Source of the DNA: Lama glama
Lineage: Eukaryota
Length of the DNA: 64,000 nt
NCBI GenBank assembly: GCA_028534125.1
Contig: CM052817.1
Span: forward strand, 20,028,001-20,092,000
Direction: 5' to 3'
The notes below the pieces were generated by a model. The model was not told where the DNA came from. It searched no databases and saw only the letters and a list, made by a program, of their open reading frames with translations. How positions within the stretch are numbered: position 1 is the first letter of the stretch; each line of letters begins with the position of its first letter. The position numbers and the translations under genes are program-made. Shown one piece after another: positions 1 to 13,817 of the stretch.

Positions 1-92
1 AGTCACAGGGCTAGGAGGTGACTGAGCTGAGATTTAAGCCAATGTGTTCTAACACCACTGTTCAGGCTTTTAGCCCTATGTGACAGTGCCTC
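1..92 (-). mobile_element. MIR SINE fragment (window-truncated)
   Basis: agtcacagggctaggaggtgactgagctgagatttaagcc resembles the reverse-complemented MIR head (aaggtcacacagctagtaagtggcagagctgggatttgaaccc). Confidence 0.6.
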
Positions 93-209
93 AGAAGAAA
101 TAGCAAATTTCAACAGGTAGGTTAAAGTTCTCCATCTGAGTATTAGTTTAAACTATCCAAATTAAATTATTCAAATTAAAACAATGATATGCCTGACAAA
201 TTTATATTT

Positions 210-1035
210 CTAAATAGCAACATCCAATGATGGTAAATATATGGGGATATAGGTTATTTTCATGCATTAAAGTGGGTTTCTAATTTGGCTCAAACTTTTG
301 GGAGTGTAATTTAGCAATACAAAGAAAGATTCTTTAAATATTTTCTTTGAGGAAATAATGATACTTCTAATATTACTTTCCAAGAAAATAATTGGAAACA
401 AGTATTTGTGTGAGAGCCATGCAAACAAATATTTTGTGCATTTTAACCTGCTGTGGCCATCTGCTAGAAAAGATTTTGATGTACATTTTGTTGAATGAAA
501 TATACATTCAATGATTGATATTTCTCATGAATTGTTTATAACATTAAAAATTGATAATCTACATTCTTCCAAATAGAAGATTGTTCAAAAAAACTATATT
601 CTATATGCAGAAGAATGGTCACATTATGTGACCATTAAAAACTATGATGATAATGATTATAATGATGCAGGTATGTAGGTATGGAAATGGAACAATTTTT
701 AAAAAATTATTAAATAAAAATCATTAGGTAAAGTTATACAATAAAGCAGAATATATACTATGATTATAGTCTGGGATATTTGTGATATGCATGCACATAG
801 TATGTAAACACATACATAATCTATACCTATGAATACATACATAAAGATGATTACATTTTGGAATACATACATACATATGTATCTAATTCTTTGTTATTGA
901 TCTCATTTTTGTCTGTATCTGGAATGATACTAATCAAAATATTCAAAGTTAGTCTTTCTGTTTTATTGGTATGCAGTTTTCTTTACTATTTGCTTTATTC
1001 AGTGGAAATGCATACAGTTTACAATGAATAAATGT
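210..1035 (+). mobile_element. Ancient L1 (L1ME-like) ORF2 end/3' UTR, highly decayed
   Basis: Degenerate L1 3' motifs, e.g. aaacttttgggagtgtaatttagcaata, attgtttataacattaaaaattg, gaccattaaaaa. Confidence 0.5.
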
Positions 1036-2055
1036 GACTTAAAATATGTACATGTAGACAAAGCCTTTATGTTTTTCATTTGACTCAAAAAATATTTCTA
1101 TTTCTAAGTCACATCTAGCTGCCCAAATATAGCACAGATTTTATATGAAGAAAGTTCTCCCACCAACACATAAGAAGCATTAGTGTTTGGAATACAGTGT
1201 GAAATAGATACACTTTACTAATCTGCACATAACTTTTAGTTCCGGAGCATGAAGTCTGAAAAGAGAGGACTAGTGTTTTTACTGAGTGATACAATTATGT
1301 GTTGTTTTTTTTTTAACATTCAACAACTGTCTTGTTAACAGGCCTATCAAAAAGGAGATTAATGGTGAACTGACAATACAGTGTCTTTCCCCAACTCATA
1401 GAAACATATGTTTCTAAATACAGATCACTAAATTATGTAGCTCAATTTTTTTAAATATATGAAATATATACATATATATATATACACACCTAACTTTTTT
1501 TATTTTTTATTTTAATTTATTTATTTTTATTTTACACCTAATATTTTGAAGACTGAAAATCTTACCCTACACATACTCAGTGAATTTTTTCCTTGTGATC
1601 AAAAATACAATCTATGAATAATTTTGAGTTTTGTTTGTGTGGCTTTTTTATCATTAATTCATGCTCTCTTCCATTATCATTAATAGTATTTAATTTTCTA
1701 ATGTATGATAATGAACATTATTTGTGAAAATGGCATGGTCTTATTTGCATAGTTTAAGAAACTTTTGATAAATGAATACAATGTCACCTACTGAGTGTGA
1801 CAAGGATTTTGCCAAATAAAAGTGGACTTTTGAACAAGCATTTAAGATGAATGAATAAATATACTGCAATCAGTATGGGATCTTGAGGAAACTGCAAAAG
1901 AGCACCAATTAGAAAATAAATTGTAAGGAGCAATATTTATTTCTTCCTAGTTTTGTTAGTTTTATAAATTGTATCTCAAAACATAAAATCAATGTGTCAA
2001 CATGAAACTTTCTCTGTTTTCACATACTGAACTTAGTATTTGCTTTGAATGCTGC

Positions 2056-2390
2056 TGTAGTCCATTTGGGCTGCAATTAAAAAAAAAATAAACAGACTGG
2101 TGGCTTAAAAACAGCAGAAATGTATTTCTCACCCTTTTGGACACTGGAGGTCAAAGGTTAGGATGCCTGCATGGTTGCTTCTGGAAGAGCCCTCTTCAGG
2201 GTTGCAGACTTCTTGTACTTCATATGTTGGAAGTAGAGTCAGGAAGCTCCATGTGGTCTCTTTTATAAGAGAACTAACCTATCTATGCAGGCTACACCTT
2301 CATGACCTAGTAACCTCCTAACACCCCTGCATTGGGCATCAGGCTTTCAGCACGTGCATTTGGAGGAGCACAGACATTCACATCATAGCA
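2056..2390 (-). mobile_element. MaLR solo LTR, MLT1A/MLT1A0-like
   Basis: tgtagtccatttgggctgc...aaatgtatttctcac...tctcttttataagag...catgacctagtaacctcc...gacattcacatcatagca follows the MLT1A reverse complement end to end. Confidence 0.85.
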
Positions 2391-3479
2391 AATATCCCAT
2401 TTTCTGGAGGGAAACTTAATGAGGTTAAGTGGCTCTGATTTTACTGGAGACCAAACGTTCATTGAGGAGTGAACTCTTGTCTTCAAGATCACTATAAATC
2501 TCTGGGTTCCGCACAGATGCTCCACGGGATCCTAGTCCCTCTGGCTATAGGTCCATGGTCCCTGTCTGCACTGAGTTCTCCACTCATCTTAAGGCAAGAG
2601 GCAGGGATCAGGGAAACATTCAGGTACTCTTCCCACTGTGCTGGGTCTCTGGAAAGCATAAAGATCTGTGACAGGCCCACTAAGATGACACTGCCACTGC
2701 TGGACAACTTCTGTCTCTCTGTAGTAGCACAGGGAACCTTGTGAACACTTCCCCTGTGGGTGCTTGTCCTTGGTCTCTCCTCCTTCCTACATAACGTTAA
2801 AATCTTATAAAACACAAAAACTTCTCACGTAAAATTTTGCAGAAGGAAATTCTGATAACTGGTGTCAAATTTATTCCTCAACTTCGTATTTTTTGAAATA
2901 TTGATAGGATAGAACATGGCATTAATTTGTTTAACAACTTTTGGAATTAAGATTCAGACAATATTTGAAGGAAATGTTTTTTTTTCTGATTTTTGTTCCA
3001 TAATAGCAGAAATAACATAGGAACTACATTAGCTATAAAAGTTTGTTAAACTTCTAATATAAAAAAACTGGGTATAATTTTTTTGTAAGTGTTCATCTCT
3101 GAGTGAATGTTTCGTTAATGTTTCCTAACTCTCCTCAAGTAAATTTTGGCATCAGAAATTTCTCAAAGCATATAATCTGAACAGTCTCTTAAATATGTTT
3201 TAGCATAGAAGGAAAGGAACTCATTACTATTCTTTTCTAAATGTTTTTGTAATATTTTGTAATCTATTTCGTGGCAATTTTCAGCCATTTTTCTTTAATA
3301 TGAACTTTAAACTCACTAGTTATAAAAGCAAACCATCTATCACTTGATGTCTGATTCAAATCTTATTACATTCATTCTTAAATTAAGAAATGACATTTTT
3401 ATGACTTTGAGTTGTCTTTAAAATATAATTATCTTTACATTAACCCAAATATTATTTTATTATGATATTTCATAAAATT

Positions 3480-4700
3480 TTATATCATTCAATAAAAAAG
3501 TACAATTTTCTTCACACAGATCTTGTTACTTTTTGATATATTTATTCCAAAGTATATTTATTTTTCTAATTTCATTTTAATTATATATGTTAATTATTAA
3601 ATATTTAATAAATTTCAGTCCTTTCATGTTGAATCTCTCACATTTAAGGGTTATAATTTATACAATTTTCAAGTAAAGTTAATCTTTCTTCTCAAATATA
3701 TGTGTATATCTTTGTATGTAATGTATACATTACAAAGTGTTACATTTTATTATGATATCTAAAATATACAAAAATGCTGAATATTTTGGTATGTGAGACA
3801 TAATGAATTCTTTATGGAAACAATATTTCATATATTTAAGTTTTTATTTACTGCTTATTGGAACTGTTGGTAAATAGAAGTCACTATGTTAAAGTCATTT
3901 TCTCATTTTAAATTATTTTTTAAAGAATTACTGATAATTTGTATCAAAGTGCTTCATAAATATTTTTTACCAAATTTTGATACAATTAAGTGTAGTATTT
4001 ATCATCACCTTCCTTTATGACTTTTGAAATTAAGATTCATGTGGTAATTGAGGGAGAATTTTTAGTCATTTTCTATAATCTGTCATTGCAGAAATAATTT
4101 AGAAGTCATATAGCATGTAAAGTTTTATTAAATTTTAGATGTAAAAACAAACTGAATGTAATATCTTTTTTATTTTAATATTCCCTGAGTGACTCTTCTG
4201 TTGAGATTTTTGACTCTCTTCAGGTAAATTTTGGCACTAGAATTTTCTGAGAAATTTAGTCATTAAATTTTCAATATCATAAAATTAATTTGGAAATACA
4301 TCTTTTAATCTTGTTTTAACTTTTGCATATTTTTTGTTTTCCACTTCCTCTTTCCCAATGTTGCATAATTGTTTTCTAATTTTAATTTTCTTTATCCAAT
4401 TTTCAATTTTTATTTCTTTAATACTGTCATAAAATAATCTGTTTTTGTGTTATTCAAGTTCTCTAAATTTTTCACTTATATATATATTTATGTTTATATA
4501 AATAAAATATTTATTTTTATTAAAAATAAACAAATTTATTAATTTCAATTTCAATTTTATTTTTTTTTTTACTTCTCACTTTATCACATTGTTTTATAGT
4601 GTTGTGATTCTATGGTTGATTATTATTATATCAAAGTATAAATTATTCCTATTTTTAAAAATCTTTGGACTTCAAAGATTATCCTTAAGATACATTTTTA
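3480..4700 (-). mobile_element. Very old L1 fragments, AT-rich
   Basis: T-rich strand with faint L1 ORF2 antisense-like wording; strongly decayed. Confidence 0.35.
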
Positions 4701-5129
4701 AGTATACTACGTTAAGTTTGTTATAAAGTAATTCCTGCCATTAATTTTGTTTTGTTAATAAAAGTGTATTTTGCTTTATCAAAGTATACAGCAATAAGAA
4801 AAAGAAAATCATTGTATCAACCAGATCTGGTTAGATAATCCATGCTTACTTACTTCAAAGTCAAGCTAGCTGTAGGCTATGTAAAGATATTAAGACTGTG
4901 CTTACTTTTGAAGCTTGCCTACTTTCACTGTAGTCTTTACCTTTATTTAAACTCCCAGTGATGTTGAAGATACTGAACATAGCTCTATGTCTATAGAAAT
5001 GTACAGCCTATTGACTTCTGACAAAGCCATCCTACCCGGAGATACCCATCTGTACTTAGATCCTAAACATCTATGCCCAAGTAGCAAAAGATAAATCAAA
5101 TGCAAAAATAATACACAGCACAACTGGAA

Positions 5130-6300
5130 GAATCCATTTCCTAGTAGGACATAGTAGGTAGCAGCACCTCGTCAGTTCTGCTACCAACACCACCACAGAT
5201 AAAGGGACACATTTTAAAATCATGTATGAAAACCATTGGAAATTGGCAGAAACCAAGATAGTTTCTGTTCAGAAAAAGAAGAGTCTCCTTTAGCTTTAGT
5301 TGAGCGTTGTTTCTTTTATGGCTCTTTGCCAAGTCTTGTCCTGGGCTAAAAGTCACTTTTGTTATCAGCAAAAATACTCAGCTAGGGAAAAGAAGAATCA
5401 GCATAATTTTTGAAGCCCCCATGAGTTGTCATGACATAGTTATTTCCAGGGAATTTTCTCATTTTCTGCCAATTTGCCTTCCTTGGATGTTTGCTCACTA
5501 CCTGTTAAGACAGGAGGCTATAGGACTGGGATGAAAAGGTAAAGTCTTTTACCATCTCCCAGTACTTGGGAGACAAGTCATGCCTGGGAGAGGTCTCTCT
5601 CTCAGGATGTCTGTCAAATTTTGAACTTATTTGAGGTTAGACACTAAAAAGCTAAACAAAATATCTCTGAAAAGCAGAAGTTTCAGAGGAGAGGAGAGAA
5701 ATATCTGCCACGATCTCAGTCAAAACTGTGAACAAACTAAACCTTAGAAACATTGCGTCTGAGAAGCAGTGAGATCTGTCTTATGCTTGGGAATAAAGCC
5801 CTTAGAATAAGAGGTACTTGAAACATCTGTAAATGGCATACAATCACATACTATAAGGCATAAAACAGGTATTAAAAGATAAATAATCTGGTCAAGAATA
5901 GGAAAACTGAAGTACTCTGATAATTCAGATGTTGCAGTTAGCAGAAAAGGACTTTTAAATGACCATAAAAATGATAAACAAAATATAGAGACCATAACGA
6001 AATAAATAGTAGAAATATGAAGAAATTCAATAGAGATTATAATTTGTTCATATAAAAGAGTAAAATAAACATTCTAGAAGAGAGAAATTACAATTTTTGA
6101 AAATTAATTATCCCTTTTATAGATGTAATAACAGACCAGACATAGCAATGAACAGGATTTTAAACTCCAAGACAGGTAAATTGAAATTACCCAACCAGAA
6201 GCACAGAGAGAAAGGGAATAAAAGAATGAGAGAGAGAATGAGAGCCATGTGGGACACAGTCATGCCTGAAAATGGAGTCACAGAAGAAGATGGGGAAGGG
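5130..6300 (+). mobile_element. Old L1 (L1M4/L1MC-type) 5' UTR and ORF1 remnant
   Basis: A-rich ORF1-like text (gaaattacccaaccagaagcacagagagaaa...gccatgtgggacac...ggagtcacagaag); ORF 6097-6309 carries the ORF1-like MRAMWDT..GVTEE. Confidence 0.7.
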
Positions 6301-6304
6301 AGTC

Positions 6305-6659
6305 TGTGAAGGAAGACACTTGGGAGGTTTCTTAGGAAGGGCACTGAAGATCTTTACCTATGAGAGAGAAGAGTGCATATTGGGTAGATGAGGTTAAATT
6401 GAGATTCAGTTGCAGCAAAGTCCGCAACTAATCCCCAAAGAAACATAGCCCTTTATAATTGTGCAGACTGAGCAGGCGCAGCCAGGCTCACTAAGCAGCC
6501 GTGTTATTGACTGCACCTGACAAACGAAGGTCTCTTTGGGGGAGGACATCTCCCAGGAGACTAAGCTATAAATCATCCATCAGTATCCAACCACTCCCAG
6601 AAACTGGGGAAAGGAGAGTGAAGAATAAATTTGAGCATCCTCCCAGAGCATGGGTTGCA
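6305..6659 (-). mobile_element. ERVL-class LTR (LTR33-like)
   Basis: gccctttataattgtgc...gttattgactgcacctg...ccaaccactcccagaaactgggg resembles LTR33 antisense; abuts ERVL internal sequence. Confidence 0.6.
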
Positions 6660-7620
6660 GACCAGTCTTTGTGAGATACGCTATCAAGTTTTATTTGCTA
6701 CTGTGGCAGGGAGTAGGGGATGTCACCTACAGTACCCTTCTTGCTATACTACTTTTTATACCACAGGCCAAGGAATTAATGCAAATTTTCCACCAACTAT
6801 CACACGTATCCATTCAAATATCCATTCAGGCATGAGGGAAATTATCACTGTAATGTCCATTGACCCAGTGGCCCCATTGTGAGCCAGATTTGGCTAGGGC
6901 TTCATCTCCTACCTTCTCTATACATCTTTGCCACTACCCATCCCCCCATGTAATATGGGAGTCAGTGGCACTTCAAGTACCCTGATATCAATAACTTAGA
7001 TCCTGGGTCCTCAAAATATCTTGACATTGCTCTTTCTCCTGCATTTTATTATGTTAATTAATAGCTGTATATTCCTTTGGAGGACTAGATAAATCATTCA
7101 GGTATACATATTTGTAGGAAATTCAGGGTCCATCCTTTTAGACACCTGGCTATATTTTAGTCAGTGGACTCTAGCCAGTTTTCTGAAGTTTTTGTTTCCT
7201 TCTTCACAATGTGTGATAGCAATTCTTGCATTTTTACTACACTCACATATTGATAGCTTTTTCCAAATTTCAAAGAATCATCTTAGCAAGATTTTAACAA
7301 GTTCTACCAGAGTTCTTATCAAACTGTTAAATCCTACAGAAGGGAGAGTCTTTCTATGTTGCTAAACCTTTCTTTACTCAATTTTATATTTCACAGTACA
7401 CCCTAAACACAGCACAATCAAAAAGTCAAGGACCATGCCTATTCTTCAACTCCTCTAGACCCTACATAAACTTTCAGATAGAGCCTAGCAGATCAATAGC
7501 TGGTTTGATTTGTGACTTGGCTCTTGTGTTGATTTAGTTTCCAGGGTATAGATGGTCATGGTTCCCAGTGTAGACATGTTGTCTTACAAGTAAGAGACCT
7601 CTCTGTCATCTTCAGGGAAG
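6660..7620 (-). mobile_element. ERVL internal remnant (end of gag plus protease region)
   Basis: Minus-strand translations QIWLTMGPLGQWT (6892-6854) and VIISLMPEWI (6848-6819) match ERVL pro text QVRLTVGPVGPRT / VVISPVPECI; frameshifted. Confidence 0.75.
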
Positions 7621-8059
7621 GGGAAAGTGCTGATTTGTAAAAGAAAAAAACTTAATCCACAGGGTTTATGAGAAAGTGAAATTTCAAGATATTCCAGTGT
7701 CTTGACCCAGGTGTCCTAATTCCCAGTCCCAGTGCCCACTACTTCCCCACAAGGGTCCCAGCCCAGGTATATCAGATTCGCTTAGGTTTTGAATTTAAAC
7801 TTTTTCTGGAGCTTGGCCGACTTCACGATGAAGTTTTACGTTTTTCTGTTCACTGACTATAGGCGATGAGAGTTTCTTTACACGATGCAAGGAGGCCTAA
7901 TTACTTTCACACATCACCCTAAATTGGTGACAGATTACCCTCATCATGACATTTTTTTCCTTGAAGTTCTAGCCAATACAACAAGGTAAGAAAATAAAAG
8001 ATACAATTTTGGTGGATGCTTTATCTCTGGCCTTTGAAAGTTTAAAAAAGTTATAACAT

Positions 8060-9285
8060 AAGCACAAAGATATTATAAGCATCCTCAAAATACACAAAGA
8101 CTAAGCAAAATATTAGGAGGAAAATAACAACGTAATAAAAAGTTAGCTTATCATGACTACAGTAGGTTTATTTCAGGTTAACATTAGAAGATCAATCAGT
8201 GTGATTCACTACATTAAAAGAATATTGAAATTTGGAAACATGACAAGAATGTCCACTCTCACCACTGGTAGTAGGCATTGTACTAATGGTTGGTCCTAAG
8301 CCATATGTTAAGATAGGACCACTCCCCCAACGGCACTAAAAAGATTCAGTGAAAGAAGGAAAATAAACTTTATCCACAGATTACATAATTATGTATATGT
8401 AGAATTAGAATTAATAAATGTACTCAGCAAAGTCACTGATTAAGGTCAATATACAAATATCAGTTGAGCCTGTAAATATTTGCAAGAAACAAAAACTAGA
8501 AATGAGGTTTATGAAATACCACTTATAATAGCATCCCAAATAACAGATAACTAAAAATGAAATCAAAGTAAAATATACAATAGCTCCACATTGAAAATAC
8601 AAAGAGGAAAATCTAAATTATCTAGGTTAATGGAGAGCTGTACCATGTTTATGAACAAAAAACTAAACATTCTAGAGATGTCAGTTCTCTGACTATTGTT
8701 CTATATACTTAGTATAATCCTAAAACAATCTCAGTGACATTTTTGTAGAAATTGAAAATGTGCCCCTGAAATTTTTATAATAATTTTAAGATCTTGGATT
8801 TACTCAAGAGAATCTGGAAGAAAAGAACAAACTTGGGTGCATTGAATCAATAGTTTCAAAATTTCCCACAAGTTATATTATGACAGCGTGTTACGGAAAT
8901 AGTGATAGATGTATAGACTACTGAAATATAATAGAAAGCTGATAAATAGAAGAATACATGTGCAAACTTCATATACAGCAGATTCATCACAGCAATTCCA
9001 TAGGGAAAGAATATTTAGGGTATTTTAGTTCATTTTTGTTTGTTTTCAGAAGTAAATAAATAAATTGTGCCGGATCAACTGGATTTCTGTATAAAAAACA
9101 AGTAACAACAAAAACTTGGATCTTTAGACCAAAAAAATGCAATAAATTTTAATTCATAATGCTGAGAAGAATAAAAGCTTTTTCAATTCCAAAACTTCAA
9201 TAAGAAAATCTAGGAGGAAATCTTTGTGGCCATGGGGTAGATGAAGATTACTTAAATAGGACTCAAAATAACTAATCACAGTATA
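8060..9285 (+). mobile_element. Old L1 ORF2 (RT to C-terminal part) with internal deletions
   Basis: aagatcaatcagtgtgattcactacatt, gacaagaatgtccactctcaccact, decayed FADDMIVY-like codons near 8370-8400, aaggtcaatatacaaatatcagttg. Confidence 0.85.
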
Positions 9286-10429
9286 ATATAAAGAATTCAG
9301 GTTGACTGCTTTTGGGAGTAATGGGGTGAGAAATTAAACATTAGTGCTTCTTTCAAACGTTAAGTTGAGTTAGAGACTTTCTTCGCAGGGCAGGGTCCCT
9401 GAGTGCTGTATTTTGAAAACAGTGGAAGAAGGGATAAATTAGCCAAACCATCTCTCCATTCCAAAGGAAAGTCACTTTATTCCTAAGGGCTGGGGGAGGG
9501 AGAAAAAATTCTCCTTGAGTAGATGTGGTGGCAGATTTAGTCTCACACGTCTCTGATACCTTTAAGATTCACATTTAATTTAATAATACATTTAATGTTT
9601 AATATAATATCTAATTATGTAATGACAGTAGGGTATAGACTCTTTACTCTTTACAATGTTTTTTCAGTCAATATGAAAGCAAGCTTAAAGACTCATAGTT
9701 CCACCTCTTGTACCACCTCTTTCAGACGTATTTTATGGCCCATAAGCATTGGATGTAGTCATTCTAGATTTCTTATAATCTCCTCTTCTACCTCTATATT
9801 GTCTAAGAGCCAAGACCATCTCTTACTCATCTTTCAATCTCCTTATCACCAAACAGAATGACTGGCAAATCACAGTGATGAATAATGCTGAAAAAAATTA
9901 CATAAAAAAATATGAGAGGTAAAATTTGGAACGTGACTTACAGTGCTATTAAAATGAGGAAAGCTTTATGGAATTTGTTTCTTACCTATGTTAGTGGACA
10001 TTAGGTAATATGCTATACAAAATGCTGGAAAGTTCTATTCTAATTCATAGAATACTGCTTCTGTACCAACAAACAGAAGACCACTAAAATTATCAGCAAT
10101 ATGAAAATCAGTCAACTTTGTTAATTCTCCTATTGAAAATTGCTCAAAAAATATTACTACTTTTCTCAGAAAAACCAAGTACTCAAAATATGTTAAAACG
10201 TTAATTTTAAAAAATTGACTACAGGGTAGGATTAATTTGAAATATAAAAATAAAACTCTTCAAACAATTTTTGTAAAACGTATGTGTTCATTAGTTTAGG
10301 AAAACTAAAAGTACAAACTCAATAAAATGTACATAGTAGATTGTGGAAAATGGAGTTTTTATCTTGTAAAAATTCTTGCATATTACATAAAGAGCTTACA
10401 GAATAGACTCATTTAAATTTATTTTACTC

Positions 10430-10635
10430 ATTTTAAAAATTTTTTATGGAGCAAACTTTGCTTTTCTGAGGCGTACAGTGTTGAGACTTAGGGAAATGCA
10501 TAGAATCAGACAGTCATCACCACAGGCAGGATACAGGATGGTACCTTCACTCAAAGGTTGCCCTCATGCTGCTTTGTAGTCAAAGCTTTCCAACACTCTT
10601 TATTCCTGGCAACCACTGACCTCGTCTCTATTGAA
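10430..10635 (-). mobile_element. L1MB-type 3' UTR end
   Basis: catcaccacaggcaggatacag...ccctcatgctgctttgtagtca...cctggcaaccactgacct. Confidence 0.75.
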
Positions 10636-11924
10636 GATATGCCAGCACATGCACTAGTTTTATTATATGCATATGTTTCATAAAGTTAAATATGTATTAC
10701 AACACAGTATTTTCAAAAGAAAATATATGGCTATTTGGTAGCTATTAAAGAATCGAGGAAAAGATGAATAAGTGAAAAATAGTGCAACATAAATTTGTGA
10801 TTTCACATGCTTTTATTTTTCCCTATACCTCATTATCTCTATCTCTATACATATATTTCTAATAAAATTATCACTGCAGAATTACTTTAATAATGTCTGC
10901 ACATATGCAGAATATACCTGTACAGATAACTAGTTGAAAAAAGTTATTGAGTCAGATAGTTACCACCTCCAAAGCATTAATTTTTCAGAGAAATATAGTA
11001 AAAAAATTGTTATTTCACTTAATGTTAGACACAACAGGAAGTAACCTTTCACAAGAAGTTTAATATGACCCCAACTAGACATGTAAAGTACATGATAATT
11101 ATCGAATTATCAAATTTTATCTTTTATTTACCTGGTTTTAAACCATCCAAATTTGGAACTTCATTTATTAATAGATTTAATGTAGTTTATTGACCACCTT
11201 TCATTCTATACATAATCTCATACTTAGCTTCCCCAGTGAATCAGCTCCCACATTTTGCGCATTCATCCCTTTGCTGCTTCTAAACAACAGTCTCCTTTTA
11301 CAGAATCTTACTAATTGATGATTGGAAACTTGTGCTTCAATTTAACTGAGAAAATGCCCTTCATCATTGTCTGTATTTATTAAGGATATCGGGAGTTGCA
11401 TAAACGTGAGAAAGGGAAAAGTAGCCTTTCATTTGCAGTTTTTGGTATTAACCATATTGAGGGTGGGTTTTGTTTTTTTTTCCATCAGCTGATTTTGCAG
11501 CTTCCACCGAGCACCATTTGCAGAGTTTCCTTACAGCAGACAGTGATGCTAATGCTAAAATAAAGATGTTCTGGGTTTGGTGAACTATTAGGTGACCAAG
11601 ATTTGTAAAACACAGGGAAACCCATATTATTTTCAGTTGCATTCCGACTGTATGCACACATTCCTTTTCAGTGTTTGCCAAGTGAGAAACCAAAGTACTA
11701 ATGGTAGGGAAACATTGTTTTGGAATTTCTATTACCAAATTACTGTTTTTATCTAAGGAGAATACCTGCTTTACTTGATAAGTAAGACTTGCTCCCCAAA
11801 TCTGCATAAGAAAATACTTCTGTGCTCGCAGACAATATTGAAATTGCCTTTCAGTATCTTCTAAAGGTCATCTCCAATACTGAAAGGCTTTCTCATATTT
11901 ACTGTGAGATTCTTAAGCAAAATG

Positions 11925-12070
11925 GTATTAAATTATAAACCTCATGAGAACAAGGGTTGAGTGTATCATGTTTACGACTGTTTTCAAGTATCTGGCATGG
12001 TGCCTGGTACAGAAATATTCAATAAATATTTACTAAGAGAATAAAGGAATACATGGATGAATGAATAAAG
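11925..12070 (+). mobile_element. L2 3' end
   Basis: atggtgcctggtacagaaatattcaataaatattt...gatgaatgaataaa tail. Confidence 0.8.
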
Positions 12071-12934
12071 ACAGTAAAACATGTGACTTAAACCTGAGAT
12101 TTTTTACATCTGATTTTAACTTCAATTATATGGTGTAAACTGAAGAAAATTTGTCTTCTTCTGAAATTAATGGAAAAGCATATTATGTTAATAAGCCACA
12201 ATGCACACTTAAAATTGTTATTCTTCCAACATTTTATAGAAGATAAAAACTGAAAGTGGAGAATATTATATTTATTGAAATAAGAAAAGGAAATAATTCT
12301 CTATTTTCATCGGAGGAGAATTCTGTAAATGGCCACCTAAGCAGGAGAAGCCTGGCAAAAAGAGTGTTATTGTTTTTTTCCAGAAATGAAAAAACATCCC
12401 CAGATAGCTATTTTATTTAAATATCAGAACAGATCCCAAGGGAAACATATGGAAGGAAAATGTGAAGTATCTGGAGCACACAGGACAACAAGGCCACACA
12501 AATCTTAACAGTATGTTAGCAACCAATCTCATTGGAGAGCAATTTCAATTATTTACTATCATCTATAAAACCCTAAATAGTTACCTCAATGCTCACCTCT
12601 TCTCCTGAGGACCATCCTGGCTATTGTAGTGAATTAGAGAGCATTCTTTACAGTTCAAATTCAATTTTTTTCCATTATGTAGAGAGAACTTCAGAAGAGA
12701 GATGAGTCCATTCCGAATGTATATTTACCTACACTTACAAGCAAATTTCTTATTTGAAAATGGGTACACAAGTGGTATTTTGATGTGTGTATTTAACCTG
12801 TTCACAAGATATTTTAAATATCATAGTCATAATTTTGAAATGTTCACTGTGCAGTCATTTTAACTAATCCCCATCATCTTGGTATAGTTTTCTCAGTATA
12901 TAGTTTGATCCTATAGCATATACAATGGTATTTA

Positions 12935-13140
12935 TATGTCAGGTGGGCTTGAAATGAATTCCACTGGCTTTCCTGGTTTTCTGGTCTGCAGACAGCAGGT
13001 TGTGGGGCTTCTCAGGAATCATCATCATGTAAGCCTAATGTTGTAATAAATCTCCCCTTATCTATCTAAATCTATATATTTATATCTATAGAATCTATCT
13101 TATTGCTTCTGTTTCTCTGGAGAACCCTGATGAATGCCAT
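12935..13140 (+). mobile_element. ERVL MLT2 LTR, 3' part
   Basis: tgcagacagcaggttgtggggcttctcag...aataaatctcccc...tctgtttctctggagaaccctga. Confidence 0.85.
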
Positions 13141-13569
13141 ATTAACTACAGAATTTTGAGCATGTGTTAAGAGATTTGATGGGAGGTTCAAGGATGCATA
13201 GGTTGCTGTGGATTGAGTACTGTTAGAAATCACAGACAACTTGAAGATTTAGTATTTTGGTGTTTTTTCACTGGCTTTTATTTTCTTGAATGTCAGAGGA
13301 ACAGTGCATGCTGGGATTATCATTGGAAAAGGAGCTATGAAGAGAAGATCATGTTTGGTCATATTTTTGTGCTTGCAGAGTATATTTACTTTTGTCGCTC
13401 TTTAGGTATGTTTTGTAGTGGCCTTATTTATCTCTTGTTCTGTTATGGTCAGAGAGGGTCCTTGTCTGATGCTGATATTACAAAAAAAAATGTTCAGTAA
13501 AAGAACAGTTATGGCTAACTTGATAGAAAACAAGTACCAGCTGCTAAGGATGTGTATGTTCTTTTTCAA

Positions 13570-13817
13570 ACCAATGAGATTAGATGGATAAATTCTGCCA
13601 GAGGGCCACTTGAGACACAGTCTTTATGACTTTTTTGTGAACAGTCCAAAAATATCAAGCAGCTCATCCCAACTGGTTGTGGCCATCTTGACCATGGCTC
13701 CTTAAGTTGGCTTTTGCTGGTTCCCACTCTTCTGCTTCACCCCACCCCATTTCTTTGGGATTATGCTTTCTCAGAATCTCCCTCTGACTCTGCTTTCTGA
13801 TGAACCTGAGTATGACA
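13570..13817 (+). mobile_element. ERVL LTR (LTR16-like), 5' LTR of a decayed provirus
   Basis: Ends ctctgctttctgatgaacctgagtatgaca, the typical ERVL LTR end, immediately followed by an internal-leader-like sequence. Confidence 0.65.

Noticed and set aside
4478..4570. AT-only inverted repeats
   Set aside because: Low-complexity sequence; self-complementarity is expected by chance.
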